A DNA stretch of 64,000 bases from Lama guanicoe. Its lineage: Eukaryota. Location: assembly GCA_013239625.1 (NCBI GenBank), contig MU054466.1:992001-1056000 (forward strand), read 5' to 3'. Of the stretch, positions 36,731 through 50,020 are shown piece after piece; the first letter of the stretch is position 1, and the number at the start of each line of letters is the position of its first letter. The translations under genes were made by a program, and so were the position numbers. Under the pieces are notes generated by a model, which saw only the letters and a program-made list of their open reading frames with translations, did not search any database and was not told the DNA's origin.

Positions 36731-37340
36731 CCCCACCCTCCTTCGGCTCAGCCTCAGGGCCGGTCTGGGTCTAACTGCTCCAAGCCCACGGGCTTCTCCA
36801 GGGGGCCTCACCCGTGCCCTCAGCCAACACTCAGCAGATGGACCGTGAGCGGAAGAAGGGTGTGGCACGGGCAGGGGAGGCCGGAGGGGCCCTCATGAAG
36901 ACGCCCAAGGTGGGGGAGTCAAGTCGCCTCAGGAGCCGAGTGGAAGGAGATTAACTCAAGGCCGCCAGGCCCCACCCAGGACGCTCGCCCGGGGACCAGA
37001 CCTCCGCCTGGGCCAAGCCCCAGCCTCAGAGGTGTCCGCACGGCCGCCGGGCAGCAGGGCGCGCATCCCCAACGTCCTTAGCAGTGAAGAGGCTCAGGAC
37101 CTGGGATGAGGGAGTGAGCCTGGGAACACAGATCCCCGCCCACAGCAGCAGGGGAGAGGCGCCTAGGAGCGGACCACGCCGAAATCTAAGTTTAATCCCG
37201 GTGACCCGACCTGAAACACTTCCGGCGCACCATCTCTCCCAGGCTGGAGAGGGCGTCTCTGCCCCAAGCGGGGCTTGCAGACCAGGTGTTCAGAGGAGCG
37301 GCCGCCGCATGGACCACGTGGGCGCCCTCAGAGGACTCAC

Positions 37341-37416
37341 CCGAAACGCCGTGCCTTCCTCGATGATGGTCGGCAGCTGGGAGAGACAGATGTCGACGGC
37401 CAGGTCCCAGGCTTGC
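37341..37416 (-). CDS. RPTOR: RPTOR exon 10 equivalent (76 nt): QAWDLAVDICLSQLPTIIEEGTAFR
   Basis: Acceptor ctccacag|G completes the TGG codon, donor CGG|gtgagt; manual translation. Confidence 0.97.
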
Positions 37417-37760
37417 CTGTGGAGGGAACCATGACGCATTAGTGACGGCCCGCCTGACAGGGCCCTGACGGCGGAGCCACAGCCTCGGGGGCGGGCACCA
37501 GGAGCTGGCCGGCCTCGACCAGCCCACAGCCGCCTGTCCCCGTCCCCCGCGGCCCTCCCTGGGGATCGGCACCGTCCGGTGGCACACCACTCGCCCAGCT
37601 AGGCGGCGCTCCCGTGCTGGGAAGGGCGCGCTCAGCTGCGCCCCAGCTCCCTGCGGCATCAGACCGGCTGCGCCGCCTGCAGGACTCCGGGCCCGGAGCT
37701 CCGGCGCGCCTCCAGGGTCGGCTTCCCGCCCGTGAGCCGGGCTAGCGACGCTGTCCCCGG

Positions 37761-38294
37761 GTCCGGCGAGGCCCTGGCGGGTGGTGGCGTGCAGGGACGC
37801 CGCAGCGGCGCTCAAGGCTGACTCCACACCCGACACTCAGTCCCCTCACTCTCCCTGGGGCCACAGGACAAGGCTTGGGTCCTAGTGTTCTGTTTCTTCT
37901 TCTAGGAACTGCTCCCCGTTGAAACAAAGACAGTGACGGCCAGACCAGGGGCTTAGTCTTGGACCTGCCACAGCTTCCCCAGCACCACCCCCGGCACACG
38001 GCAGCTGCGCTCGGGCTGCCAGACTGAGTCCGGCGAGGCCCTGGCGGGTGGTGGCGTGCAGGGACGCCGCAGCGGCGCTCAAGGCTGACTCCACACCCGA
38101 CACGCAGTCCCCTCACTCTCCCTGGGGCCACAGGACAAGGCTTGGGTCCTAGTGTTCTGCCTCTTCTCCTAGGAACTGCTCCCCGTTGAAACAAAGACAG
38201 TGCCGGCCAGACCAGGGGCTTAGTCTTGGACCCGCCACAGCTCCCCCAGCACCACCCCCGGCACACGGCAGCTGCGCTCGGGCTGCCAGACTGA
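37761..38294. repeat. Direct tandem duplication, 2 x 267 bp (37761-38027 and 38028-38294)
   Basis: Manual alignment: 260/267 identical, no indels, head-to-tail junction agactga|gtccggcg. Confidence 0.97.
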
Positions 38295-41200
38295 TAACCG
38301 CCCGCCTGTGGGCGGGAGGCGCCCTCTCACGCTTTTTCATAGGGGATCAAAACACGCATGAAAAGTGAAAACACCCAAAACACAGCAAAGTGTACGATGA
38401 ACAAAAGACCAGAGGGCTCTGCTTCATTTTCACGTGTACGGCGTGTTTCTTTTCCCCCAGACCAGCCCCTCTGCACGAGCTGCCTGCCCGCACCGACCTA
38501 ATCAGGAGGCAATCAGGAGGTAGTCGGCAGTGCCTGAGAGCCGGGCAGTGAACGGCTCCCAGGGGCTCAGCACGCGCCCAGGCTGTGGCAGGGTGGCTCT
38601 CGCAGCGTGGGGGGTGGGGGGGGCGCCTCCTCTTTGTCCAGACAGAAGCAAAGTCAGTCACTGCACTTAAGCTCCAGAAAGAGGCTTCGGATTTGATCAC
38701 ATAAGAAGTTTCAACTTGGGAAGTGAGAACAAAGTGCCCCAGTTGGGACGGTGAAGTGGGCAGAGGCCCGGGCAGCCGGCGGTCTTGCTGCAGCAGACAC
38801 GCGGGTCCCCCAGCACTGCACCCGGCAGCCCCGCGGGCCCTTGGCCGGCACCGCCTCCAGGGAGCCGGGCTTCCCTGGAGAGGCCCCCACTGCTGCTGCC
38901 CAGCCCCCCGGGTGCGAGCCAGCCCCGCGAGGCTGCCTCGGGCCCGGGAGACGGCCTTCTGAGCGGTGTGGCTGGCATGGTCTGACGACCCCATGGCCTG
39001 GGACCCAGCGGGTCCAACCCCCAGGAGCCGAGTCCTCTGCCAGGCGCACATTTTGGTTCCAGGAAAGCAGCTCAGAGGAGGCTGCGGACCTGAGAGGGAG
39101 CCCTGAAGCGGGGGCCTCACCAGGGTCCTGGGAGCGAGGCAGGGCCGAGGACTGTCGAAATGACAGGGGCCAAGGGCTCTGCTGAGGCTCCCGGAGGACA
39201 GGAGGGAGGAAGGGTGCCTGAAAACACCTGAGACCTACTGGACACTGAGTGGCCAAACGAGGCCGGGAGCCTGCGGCAGGCTGGCGCTGGGAGCCAGCCC
39301 CCACCCCGGGCCTGTGGCTGTTTGTTCTGAGCACGAGGACAGGGTCGGGAGGAGGACCTCGGAGTCCCCTTAAGCACTGAGGTCGCGTGGCAGCGTTCCC
39401 AGCAGCAGCACGGAGCTCTGCTGAGCATCTACTTGGTGGGTTAAAACTGGCTGCATTTTCTAGGATAGAATTAAAACCAACTTGGAGTCTTAATTTGGGC
39501 TTCTCACCCAGGGAAAGTGGGAAGTGGGTCCCGTAAATCCTGAGCCGCGGCGGCGGGCGCGCGTGCTGGCGGAACCAGGGAGGTGTCCATGTTCGCACTT
39601 CCCACGGCCCCTGCGACCAGCGCGCTGCGCCCCCGGGAGGGAGGACCCGGGCCTCCCCGCGCCTCAGCGTGGAGCAGCGGGGCCTGTGGGCCGTGGGCGG
39701 CCGATGAATCACGGCCTGGAAAACGTGCCACCCAGGCAGGAGCTCGGGTTTTCAGGAAACGGGCTCAGATGGCAGGCGCCCGAGGAGTGGGCCGGGCGGG
39801 GCGCCTTCCAAGAGTACCCAGCTCCATCTGCACCCGTCAGTCAGCGGCCGGGCTCCCTCGAGGGGGAGGAGTGCAGGTTACCACTGCGGGGAAACGCGAG
39901 GTTTCGGGACCCACTGAAATGGAAAGTGAAGGCAAACGACTCCCCGATGGCTTCTCATCAAAAATTAAACAGCAGCCGAGCGGGCACCGGGCCCTTCATC
40001 TCCGGCCCCGCCTGGAGCCCACGTGAGCCTGTGGACGTCCTGCTTTAACCTCAGTTCTGCCAGGCTCTGTTCCCTGCCCCCTCCTCGCCCGAAAGCTCAG
40101 CCTCTCCATCACCACCCACAGAGTACAGTAACGAGATGGTAAATTATTTATTCCGAATGCTCTTTCTAACTGTGCTGGCTGTGCACTGGCTCCCTGGGGA
40201 CGCACAAACATCGGTCTATTTACAAGGGGGCAGAGGAGCAACGGGCATCGTTGTCATGAGCATCATCACCTGGGTGAGCCCGGCTGAGAGCCCACTCAGC
40301 ACCGAGCACCCGGGCGCCTCGGACCGCGGGGGCAGTGTGCAAACCCGAGTGCAGCTGCGCTGGCCTTGGGGTTTCCAGGACTCACGCTTCCCTGTCTGTG
40401 CAACCGAGCCCACTGGCTGTTCCTTCACCACCACCCTCCCACCTCCCCTGAGGACAGGGCTTTGGGCAGGACACTTGCCACCCAGGACAGGGACCACGGC
40501 CCCAGCCTCCTGGGACCAGGAGCAGCCATGGCCTCGGGGAGAGCGGAGGGGCGCCATGCCCCACCCCGTAGAGCCGCTGGATTTGGGGTTACCAACTATC
40601 CAGTATTCCAACCACCGCCTCTAACCACCTGCAGGGGGGAGGCAGAACACAGGAGAGGATTCGCATCCATCCTAGTCAGCTGCCTCGGCGAGGCCATGCC
40701 CCACGCAGCCGCCTGACCCGCGTTCACACCAAGTATTTCTGATCTGACTTGACAGAAGACAATTCTGCACGACTTCATACAGCAACAGAGCTTCTCGCCA
40801 GCCCTGAGCAGTGGTCTCCTCCCAACACCCAGAGCACGGCAGCCCGGCCCACCCAGGGGGCTCCCTGTTGGACGCCAGCTGGAGCGCAGGACGCTCCGGG
40901 TAGAGCAGCTGTCCGTCTGGTCAACAAGGAGGCTGGCAGGGGGTGAGGGGGGCTTGCCCCTGGAGACCCCGGCGTGGTGCTACTCCCGGGAGACGCGCAG
41001 CCGCCCGGCTGCTGGCCCACGGCTCCTCTCCCCTCCCGCCCAGTCGTCGTCCTGAGGGCACGGGTCTTCTCCAGTCAGAAGTCTGACCTGACATTCGATT
41101 CCCGACCAAAGTTGGTTAGTGGCATAACTTTCAGCATTTCACGGGCCTGCCTAACGCTTACTCTGGCGGCAGACTCACGCTGGCCCTGCTGTCAGGAAAC

Positions 41201-43195
41201 CCTCATGCAGACAGGACGTGGGCTTCGTGCGTGTGAGCCTCCCGCCGAGAACTCGCCACCGCCGACTCCTGTGAGAGGAGCCTGAGTCTCAGCCGGGGGC
41301 CCCACCCAGTGCGAAAGGACAAGAGGGCATCTGGCACGGCGACAGGCGTCACAGGCGTCGCCCCAAGAAGCCCCCGTGCTTCCAGGCGGTGGATCGCAGC
41401 TGCACCGCTGTCCCGGCAGGCGCCGGGGGCTGCCCAGCCTCCCCTCAGAGCGCCGCTCTTCTGACGGACGGCTTTCCTCGTCCAAGGCTGTCAGAGGGCC
41501 TCTCCAGTCCTGTTCCTGGTTCCCGGGCTGGGATGGGTGGACGCGACACGGACGGGGCGGCGGGGGCTGGAGAGAAGCAGGAGGTGGCTGGGAATGCGCT
41601 GGTCGAGGGGGGTCGGGGTGACCCCAGGAGTACCCCCACGGCAGCCTCACGCTGACCCCGACTCTGAGTCCGCTCCCCACGGAGCCCACCCTGCAATAAC
41701 CAGAATTTGCCTAAAAGGGAGCCAGTAGGAGGCCCGGCCACCGACAGCGGTCTGTGGGGTGGGGGCCGTGCAGGCTGGGGACCCGGACGGCACCCCCGTC
41801 CTCAGGGTGCACGTCGGCCGCCTGAGGCCCCCGAATGCACAGGGAGGTCGGGGCCAGGAAAGCAGAAAACCCTGGGGGTGGCGTTTGCTAGGTTTCCGTC
41901 CACGAGCAGACGGGCCAGCGACCCGGCTGAGCTCCTTTTCCTTTTCCTTCCTTTTCTTTATAATTCATGGTTTATAAACACCCGGCTCAGAAGAAGCAGA
42001 ACTTAAGGCACCGCTTTCCTTGCGGGACGAGGCTGCTTGGAGGGTCTTCTCTTCCAGAAACGCGCGTCTTCTTCCTGATCACTCACTCCAAGCGCCCAAC
42101 ACCCCTCCTCCAGCTCCTGTCTTCCCGGATTCAAGGCACCGCACCCGCTGTCCCGCCGCTCTGTTCTCGCCGAAATCACGCTGCCGCACAGCCGGCTCCT
42201 CCACGGAGGTCCGGCCCCGTCCCTGCTTCCCCGCAACTCTGTTCTGTTTTATCCTAGAAATGCTTGAGGAGGCTACGGCTGGAGTATGTCTGTGTGTGAT
42301 TTCTACTGACGGTCTGGTGTGCAGGGGACCCTGGATTTAGCTCATGGATATGGGTGCTGAGTCCGGCTTTTCCCTGAGTGGACGAGAGGCAGCGAGTTTC
42401 CCAAATCCTTCTTGGTTCTCTGGGTTTCCAGAGCTGGGGGAAAGGGGCCGTGCACACATTAAAGCGCAAAACCAAAAACCACTACCCAAACAAACCTGGT
42501 GCTGACAACACACCATAAAACGGCCCCTGGGGCTGGGCGGGAGTAACCCGCGCTTCTGAAGTACTGGCGGCGGGGCTTCCCCGGCCAGACGGAACCGGGA
42601 CGTGTTCTCCCTGCTGCTGCCCATCGAGCGCCCCCCAAACTGCGTGCGTCACAAGAGCAAGGAAACGGGAAGAAACCAGGGCCTTCAGTCACAGGGTCTG
42701 GACTCGAGCCAGCGTCCCCGTCACATTGTGACCTCTGTTCGCAGTGGTGTACGGAGCGGCAAGCCAGTTCTGCAGGGAATTTACAGTCAGCGTAAAAGTG
42801 TCATGAAGACCACATTCGTGTGTGCGTGAGCGTGTGTAGGTGCACGCACGTGTGAAGCGGGCGTGCCAGTTAACTGTCCAGGAACCAACAGCTTTACTTC
42901 TCTGGAGCAACCCTGGACACAGGTCAGGAATCCAGCTGGCAGCTTCTTTCCTCAACACCCACCCACAGCCAGAAACCAACCCCGGGTGAGGACCGAGGGC
43001 CCCGGAGGCGCTGGTCCTGCCCGCTCAGCCCTCAGGGGGCTCAGGTGAGCCTGGGGACAACCCTGTCGCTTGCTGGCACCACCCCGGCCTCCACCTTCGG
43101 AGGCACGCCGGCCTGCTTGGCGTCGGCTGACCCCACGACCCTGGGAGAAGCGAGCCCCTGGAGGAGCTGGGTGGGCGGGCGGGAGAGACACTCAC

Positions 43196-43340
43196 CACAT
43201 GGCGTGCATGGAGGTGGGTGGCAGGCGGGGGCTGCTGACCGGGGTGCAGTTATACGACCTCATGATCCTCTCCGCCAGTAAGAAGTTTCGAAACAGACTG
43301 GCCACCAGCAGGTCCTGTCTGAAGAGCTTTTGGAAGAGAT
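43196..43340 (-). CDS. RPTOR: RPTOR exon 9 equivalent (145 nt): [49 protein letters not shown]
   Basis: Acceptor tgtccccag|AT, donor TG|gtgagt; manual translation continues the exon 8 frame. Confidence 0.97.
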
Positions 43341-43596
43341 CTGGGGACAGAGGGTAAAAAGATGTCTTCAGTGACTCACATCCAGCGCTTAAAGCAAATA
43401 CGCAAATTTACTTCCATCATAACTTGTTGGACGAGCAAGTTGGGACGAACACGCATATTTCACCCTGGCGGTACACGCACTCACGCTTTCTGGTTCTAGG
43501 AAACACGGATGGTGCCAGCAGCTCTGCAGCACCCCGTCGAGGGACCCGTCTCCTGAGCCCAGGCAGCCCCCGCCCCCCACCCGCCGCCAGCCTCAC

Positions 43597-43697
43597 CCCG
43601 AGGAAGCACGTTCCAGGCGATGGTGTCCGTGATGGCCGTGAAGATCCAGTTCAGCTCGCCCAGCGGTGTCCTCCTGTCGTTGAGCCGCCCAGGGATC
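43597..43697 (-). CDS. RPTOR: RPTOR exon 8 equivalent (101 nt): [36 protein letters not shown] domain
   Basis: Acceptor tctcctag|G, donor G|gtgagg; peptide visible in ORF 43496..43708. Confidence 0.97.
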
Positions 43698-45749
43698 CTA
43701 GGAGACATGAAGCTGTCATGGCAACCGGCATGGGAGTGGACAAGGGGGCGTCAGACCAGGGGCAGGAGAGGCTCGGCCACCGGGGGATTCTCCAGACTCC
43801 TCCACCTCTGACCTCATTCCTTAAAACCCAACCCCCATTTCACTTTCTCCCCCTCCACCTACACAGAAGCAGCGGACGTGGTGTGACGCCAGCTGGGAGC
43901 TCTGCCAACCTGGGAGGCCCTCGGGGCCTTGGGGTCACCCACTGCGCTCAGCACTGCACCCTGAGGCCACGGGGTGCCCACCCTAGTCGAGGCATGCCCT
44001 TCAGGCAGGATCTGGGGCCTGGCCTGGCCTCCCCTCTGGGCTGAGCTCTTCACCCCATGATCTGCTCAACGTGAAAGTAAAGCCACTCAGGCCCAGATCC
44101 CGCCTCTTAAACTCACGCGGAGGCCTGGGCACATCATTACTGGACGGAAAATGCCAGTGGTGAGGAGGCAGAGGCAGGCCCAGCAGTGCACGGGCCACCC
44201 GGGGGTCTGAGGGGAGCTGTGCTCGCGTCCCCGCTGGGGGACCCAGACAGGCTACTGAGGGACATTCTGAGTGATGCTTCGTCCGTGGCCTCAGGAGTGT
44301 GAGCTGGCTGGACCCTTCTGGAAAGGACAGACACGCGGAGGCCAGAAAACGTCTGTACCCCTTCCTCAGCAAGTCTGCTCCCAGGAATCAGTCCTGAACC
44401 CAAACAAAGAATGGGGAAGCGAGGCCCACAGTGAAAGTCAGAAACCCCCTGTGTGACAGCAGGAGAGAAGCGGCTAATCCCAGCACAGCCACGACGCAAC
44501 AACCACGAGGTGTGAGGCCGCCATCTGTGAGCGTCTGCTGCTGTGGGCGAGGCCTGCCCTGCGACAGCAAGCAGAGAGGCAGACAACATCGTGCTCCCCG
44601 GCCACATAGAGCACGTGCACGGGGGGACGGCCGGAAGGAAAGGCCCGAAGTGCAGTGGCGGGGATGCTCCCGCGCCCCACGGCTGCACGCGGTCAGCACC
44701 TGCTAGATGCCCTGTGCCCGCGGGCTCCCTCCTCGTCCTGGGCCCTGGGTGAAGCCACATGTGGGCAGGGACAGGGCAGTGGGCAGCCGGCTCGTGACCC
44801 GATGGCATTCTTGGCAGATGGAGGGTCTGCCCGAGGTCTATTTCCAAACCCAGACGAGGCGCCTCACTCAGGCGTAGCCCATCCTGAGCAGGCTCCCAGA
44901 CTCCCCGCCCTGCGGCCGAGCCATCAGGGAGGGGGGACAGAGGGCCCTCCTTGGCAGGTGGGGGTCGGCGTGCATTTAGGTGTGTTTTTTCAATCCTCGT
45001 CTTGTGACAATTACTGGCAGACAAACACAAAACCCGACTCTCCCCATGGCCTCTCAACCTGCCACTGGTGACCTTCACTAAGTTCACTGAGCAACCACAG
45101 ACCAAGTCGCCTGCCCGACGATTTCAGACCTGGGAACTGCGCGACCGACCAACCACCAACCACCCAAGGCCTGCCTTCTGCATCCCGCAGACGGGGGTGC
45201 CACACTGGGACGCGGTGGGAGCGGGCCCCACTTCTCCCCCGTTTCACGTCACGGAGAACTAAGTCCTGCCAGAAACTCCTGCCTCCGTTTTCCCCGTGTC
45301 TGACCCTAAGACACGTCAAACCCCGGCTCGCCCGGGGCCGTCCGCCCCGCTGACGCCGGGCTGCGAGGGAAGGCCGCTCGGCCGCTGGAGTTCCCTCCGG
45401 CCCTCCCCCTGCTTTCATCCGTAATCAAGGTGGCCCTTTTACAGCGTCAACCCACAGTGATAATCAAGGACTGACTTCTGTGCGAAAAGCACAAAGAGCT
45501 GTAGTTTAGGAATAGATCACGAAACTGGGAGGAGACAAAGCCTGAACTCTGGCCCCAGCTGTGCTGTGTCTGGGTGACTTCTGGCGTCTGGGTCCTCTGC
45601 TGAGTCACCCAGACGAGCCTCATATGCAAAGTGGGGACCAAAATAAAGGGGAGAGCACTGCAGAAGGAGAAGCAGCAGACGCCGCCTCAAGCTCCCCACC
45701 ACCGCTGCCAGCCCGCGTCTGCTCCCCGGTATCTGGGCTCACCAGCCAC

Positions 45750-47115
45750 GTTCAGCGCCGCCCTCCGTCCGCGGCCCAGCCCGCCCCCAGGTCCGACGAG
45801 GTCACCCCACGTGCGTGCCCCCCTGCCTGCGGTCCTCGCGGCTCAGACTGAACACGTCTAAAGTCAAGCTCCCCTGTGTCTTCTCCCCACTCCCAGTGTC
45901 CCTGGGGACCCAGAGGCAAGCCCCCTCATCCTGCCCTGTTCCTCAGCCAGGCTCCGCGCACACCTCGCTCCCCGCCAGACATGCCTTCCGCCTGCAAAGG
46001 CATCCCAGCGGCCCCCGTGACCCACTCCCAGCCTTCAGCCCCTAGGTTACCTTCCCTCGGAACCTACAGGGGCCGCTGCTTACCACTGCGGGGTTGTCAG
46101 GGACCCACGAGCTACCTCGACCCCGACGAGACCCGGCTCAGAACACAGGAAAGCAGCACCCCTCTGGCTGGAGGAGGGAGGTGGGGAACCCACCAGCCCC
46201 CGGACGGGCCGCTGCCAGGCCCACGAGGAGCAAGGGCAAGATCACTGCCGACCCAGTTAGGGAAACAGTCCCACTGGGCTTCACGGCATCCATCACTGCC
46301 CAACTCGGCACATTGAACTTTGAAACTAGCTCCCTCTGCTTGGGCCATTACCTCGCAGTTGGACGGAGACACCCAGCTCTGTCTCCTCTCATCTGCCCAC
46401 TAGGAACAGCCTCCCGGCCCCGTGGGCTGGTTCTGGCCCAGTCTGGACAAGCCAGGCGCCAAGCTCCCCGTCAGTGACCCCGACAGCCTGTTAGGCTCCT
46501 TCTCAGCTGGAACTGCATGACACCCTGCACCTCCCAGGCACCCCCCGTCACGGACACCACTTCTCCTCCGTGCTTAGCCACCACCGCTCCGTGCACGGTA
46601 GCTGTCTGTGTAAGGAGAAAACAAATCCCTTATGGGCAAGACTTGCTTTCTTTGACATAAACCAGCCCCCCAGATCCTGGCGGAGCGCTAAGCACTCGGC
46701 GAGCGCACAGCCCGCAGCTCTGACTCTCCTTACTTCCCGACCTAAAAACAGCCGCTCCCACACGCGCCAGCAGCTCCCGGCCCAGGCCCGAGGACGGCCG
46801 GCGCACAGCGGGGGGGAGCGTGGTCGGGGACACCCGCGGGCGGGGAGATGTCAGCCGGGGCCCCCCGCTGGGGAGCACCGGGCAGCCCCCACGCTCAGCC
46901 TCCTCCCGCCCCACCCGGGGTCCCACCAGGCCTTCAGGTTCTGCCGAGGCCCCCGCAGTCAATTCTGCAGACGTCTCTGCAGTAGACGACAGGTGCCCAG
47001 GCCAGGCCTCCCGCCAGGCCCCGGGCGCTCGGGGAGCAGCTTCCCGGCCTTCCTCGAGCCGACCCAGCTCTCGGCGCTGAGCATCTAACGCTTAGCAGGT
47101 GCTCCGTCCACACCT
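45750..47115 (+). mobile_element. Highly degenerate L2 fragments
   Basis: ctcagactgaacacgtctaaagtcaagctcc near 45845 and 3'-end-like cttagcaggtgctccgtccacacctg near 47095; boundaries uncertain. Confidence 0.4.
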
Positions 47116-48731
47116 GAGGAGCGGCGGGTGGGTGGACGCCCGCTGAAGAATCACAGCTCTCCGCAAACAAAACATTAAGTGCACACCTTTGGTCTCCAAG
47201 AAAATGACACAAGCTCACTAAAAACACTCACGTGGTAGGAATACAAGTCGTCCCCAGCTTCACCATCTGAAAGCAGCAGAGGCATTTTGGCGACCCTTCC
47301 TCAGAGAGCACTTCGCGCACAGAATCAAGCAGCTCTAAGTGCACCGAGACAACCGTGCGCAAAGAGACGCCGCACTTCCTGCTAGAAACGCCCACGGACT
47401 CGCGTAGAGAAGAGGCCTGGAGGGCCTGCACCAAAGTAGGAACGCTGGCCGTCTCGGCTCGCTGGAGACGACGGGTGATTCTAACCCTTTTTGCTTTTCT
47501 GTATTTAATTACACACCTAGGCTGAATGCGTACTACTTAAATAAGGAAGAAAAATAAAACCTTTTCTTTTAATAAGAGGGAGGCTAAGCCAGTTTTCCCA
47601 AAAAGGGAAAATACTTTTAAAAAATGCATTATTTTGTGAACTTATATCATCTCGTATTCAGTTCAAATAAAGCAAGATACATCTTTGTTGCTTTAAAAGG
47701 CTTCACGGAAATGGTGGTGCAGAGAACCTGGGGCTGGTTCACTTACTTAACGCAAATAATTCGTTACTTAGAAATGCCCTGTGACTAAGAAAACGGGGAG
47801 GTAAACCTAACAATCTCTTTTTAAAGTAATTCTTTTGAATATCCAGATCGGTCCATACCGGTCAGATAAACGCGGACAGATGGGGCCGAGGGTCCCAACC
47901 TGTGGGGCCGGGTAAGGGCCAGCGCTCGCTCGGCACCAAGAGGAGTCCCTGGACAGGTGTGCAAGGCCACCTTCTCAGCTAATGCCCTGCTGAGACCAGA
48001 CACGCACACACACAACAAACACACCTCAGTCACCCTGAAAAGTCAGCTGGGCGGGAAAAGAAAGCCGCTTGGAAGAAACGAAGGCGGGGAGAGTGCCTGG
48101 ACGGCGCATTCTGTGACGTGTTTGCTCGTGTGCTGGCGTTCTGCTGGCCCGGACCAAGCCACGGCTCCACAGCACCCCCTCCAATCTCGCTCTGCTTAGA
48201 ACTGTGGGCAGGCCAGCACTCTAACACCGTCTGAACTTCCCAGCACACAGCGCCTTTCTTCTAGCCATTCAGAGATTTCAAGCGCTGACAATCCAAGTCC
48301 ATCCCAGTGTGCGTGAAACCTGCAGTTTATAACGCGTGATGTGGTCTGTGGCCTGAATATCCGGTCTGCAGGCTTACAGTCAGAGGAGAGCCCCGCGTGA
48401 ACGGGACTGCAGGGCTGCGCCTGGGTAGTCGGGGGGACGAGAGAGACACGAGTGAGGATGCCTGCTTGGAAGTGGAATCACACTTGTTTAAAAACAGGAA
48501 GCTTACAGACACTGCACCGCAGCACTCAACACTCACCCGGGGACGTGCAGCTGCGTGGTCACCGGGGCACCAGCTTAGGGCTGAGTCAGCCGGGCCCGAG
48601 TGACATCTGCAAACCCGGGGGTGAGCGGTTCAATGACTCCCGCAGGGTTTAGATGACGTCATGGGTTCTCTTCCTGGCAACAGCAGGTGGGGTGACTCAG
48701 ACCATCCTCCCACTGAGAACACCTAGAAAGG

Positions 48732-48733
<2 letters not shown>

Positions 48734-48764
<31 letters not shown>
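48734..48764. repeat. (GT)15 microsatellite
   Basis: Read directly from sequence. Confidence 0.95.
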
Positions 48765-48767
<3 letters not shown>

Positions 48768-49669
48768 AAGTTTACTAAAGGCACTGGAAGGCCGGTAAGG
48801 CTGTGGGGAATTATGGAGCCAAAACCTGAGAGAGGGAAGCCTAACGCTTGAACTGCCACCTGGGGCTACGTTCCTCCCCGGGGGCGTCTGGCAAATTCCA
48901 AACAAGCCTGAACTGAGCGTGGCCGACTCACAGAGCTGGACAACGAGCAGCAAGAGCCTGCCAAGGAGACGGGGTGCTGGTAAGACGCCCTAGGCTCGGA
49001 GCTGAGCACAGAGGGTGAACTGGAAATGACTCAGACCTCACAGCCTCAGATCACCCCACATCTCTGTACAGTTTCCATTTCCAACTTGCAATAGTCAATC
49101 AAACACAGCCGGGCATTTAGAATAACCACAAATGGAATACAACCTATAATAATTTTGAATCACTATGTTGTGGACCTGAAACTAACATAATACTTCAATT
49201 TTATCTTAAAGAAAAAAATCCCCAAACCCAGGCATTTACACGTTTGAAACCAAGAAAAGAGGCCGGACACAAGACCCAGTGACGGCGGTCACAGACACCG
49301 ACTCCGCAGTGACTTGACTTAATATCCTCACGGAGTCAATGCACAGGACGGAAAACCCCGGCAGAGAGCGGGAACCTGTAAAACCTCAGGAACTCAGAAG
49401 TACAGTAAGGACTCAATAAACAGTCAGACCAGACAGCGCTGAAGAGACAAACAGAAGCTGGGTCAGAAAGAGATGCTCAAAGTTAAACGTAAAGAGACAA
49501 AATGCTGAGACATAAGAAAAAACGTCTAAGAAGTAGTGGGTATTGTGAAGAGACCTAAGCTGCGCATATGGGCGTCCCAAAAAGAGAGAGCGGGGAAATG
49601 GAGCGGAGGCGACAGTCAAAGACACGATGGCGGCGGATCTTCTGCAGCTGATGGACGGCATCAAGGCAC

Positions 49670-50020
49670 CGTGACTGGGTGAGCTCGGCTGTCGTAACAA
49701 AACGCCGCAGACTGGGTGGACTAGCCAACTGAAATCTGCTTTCTCACAGTTCTGGAGACCAGAAGCCCATGATCCAGGTGCCAGCGAGGTCAGGTCCTGG
49801 TGAGAACGCTCTTCCGGACACGCGGATGGCTGCCCTCCCTGGTCCACAGGCAGCGCTCTTCCCCTCCTTGTAAGGGCACCCACCCCATCGCGGGCCCCAC
49901 CCGCATGCCTTCCTCTCACCCATGACTTTCATCTCCTAAAGGCCCCGTCTCCAAACACCGTCTCACCGGGAGATGGGTCTTCCACACATGAACCTGGGGG
50001 GCATAATCCAGTTTGCGGCA
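49670..50020 (-). mobile_element. MaLR solo LTR (MLT1A/B-like)
   Basis: cagactgggtgg...tttctcacagttctggagaccagaag...aaggccccgtctccaaacacc...acatgaacctggggggc matches the antisense MLT1 LTR layout, about 350 bp. Confidence 0.8.
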
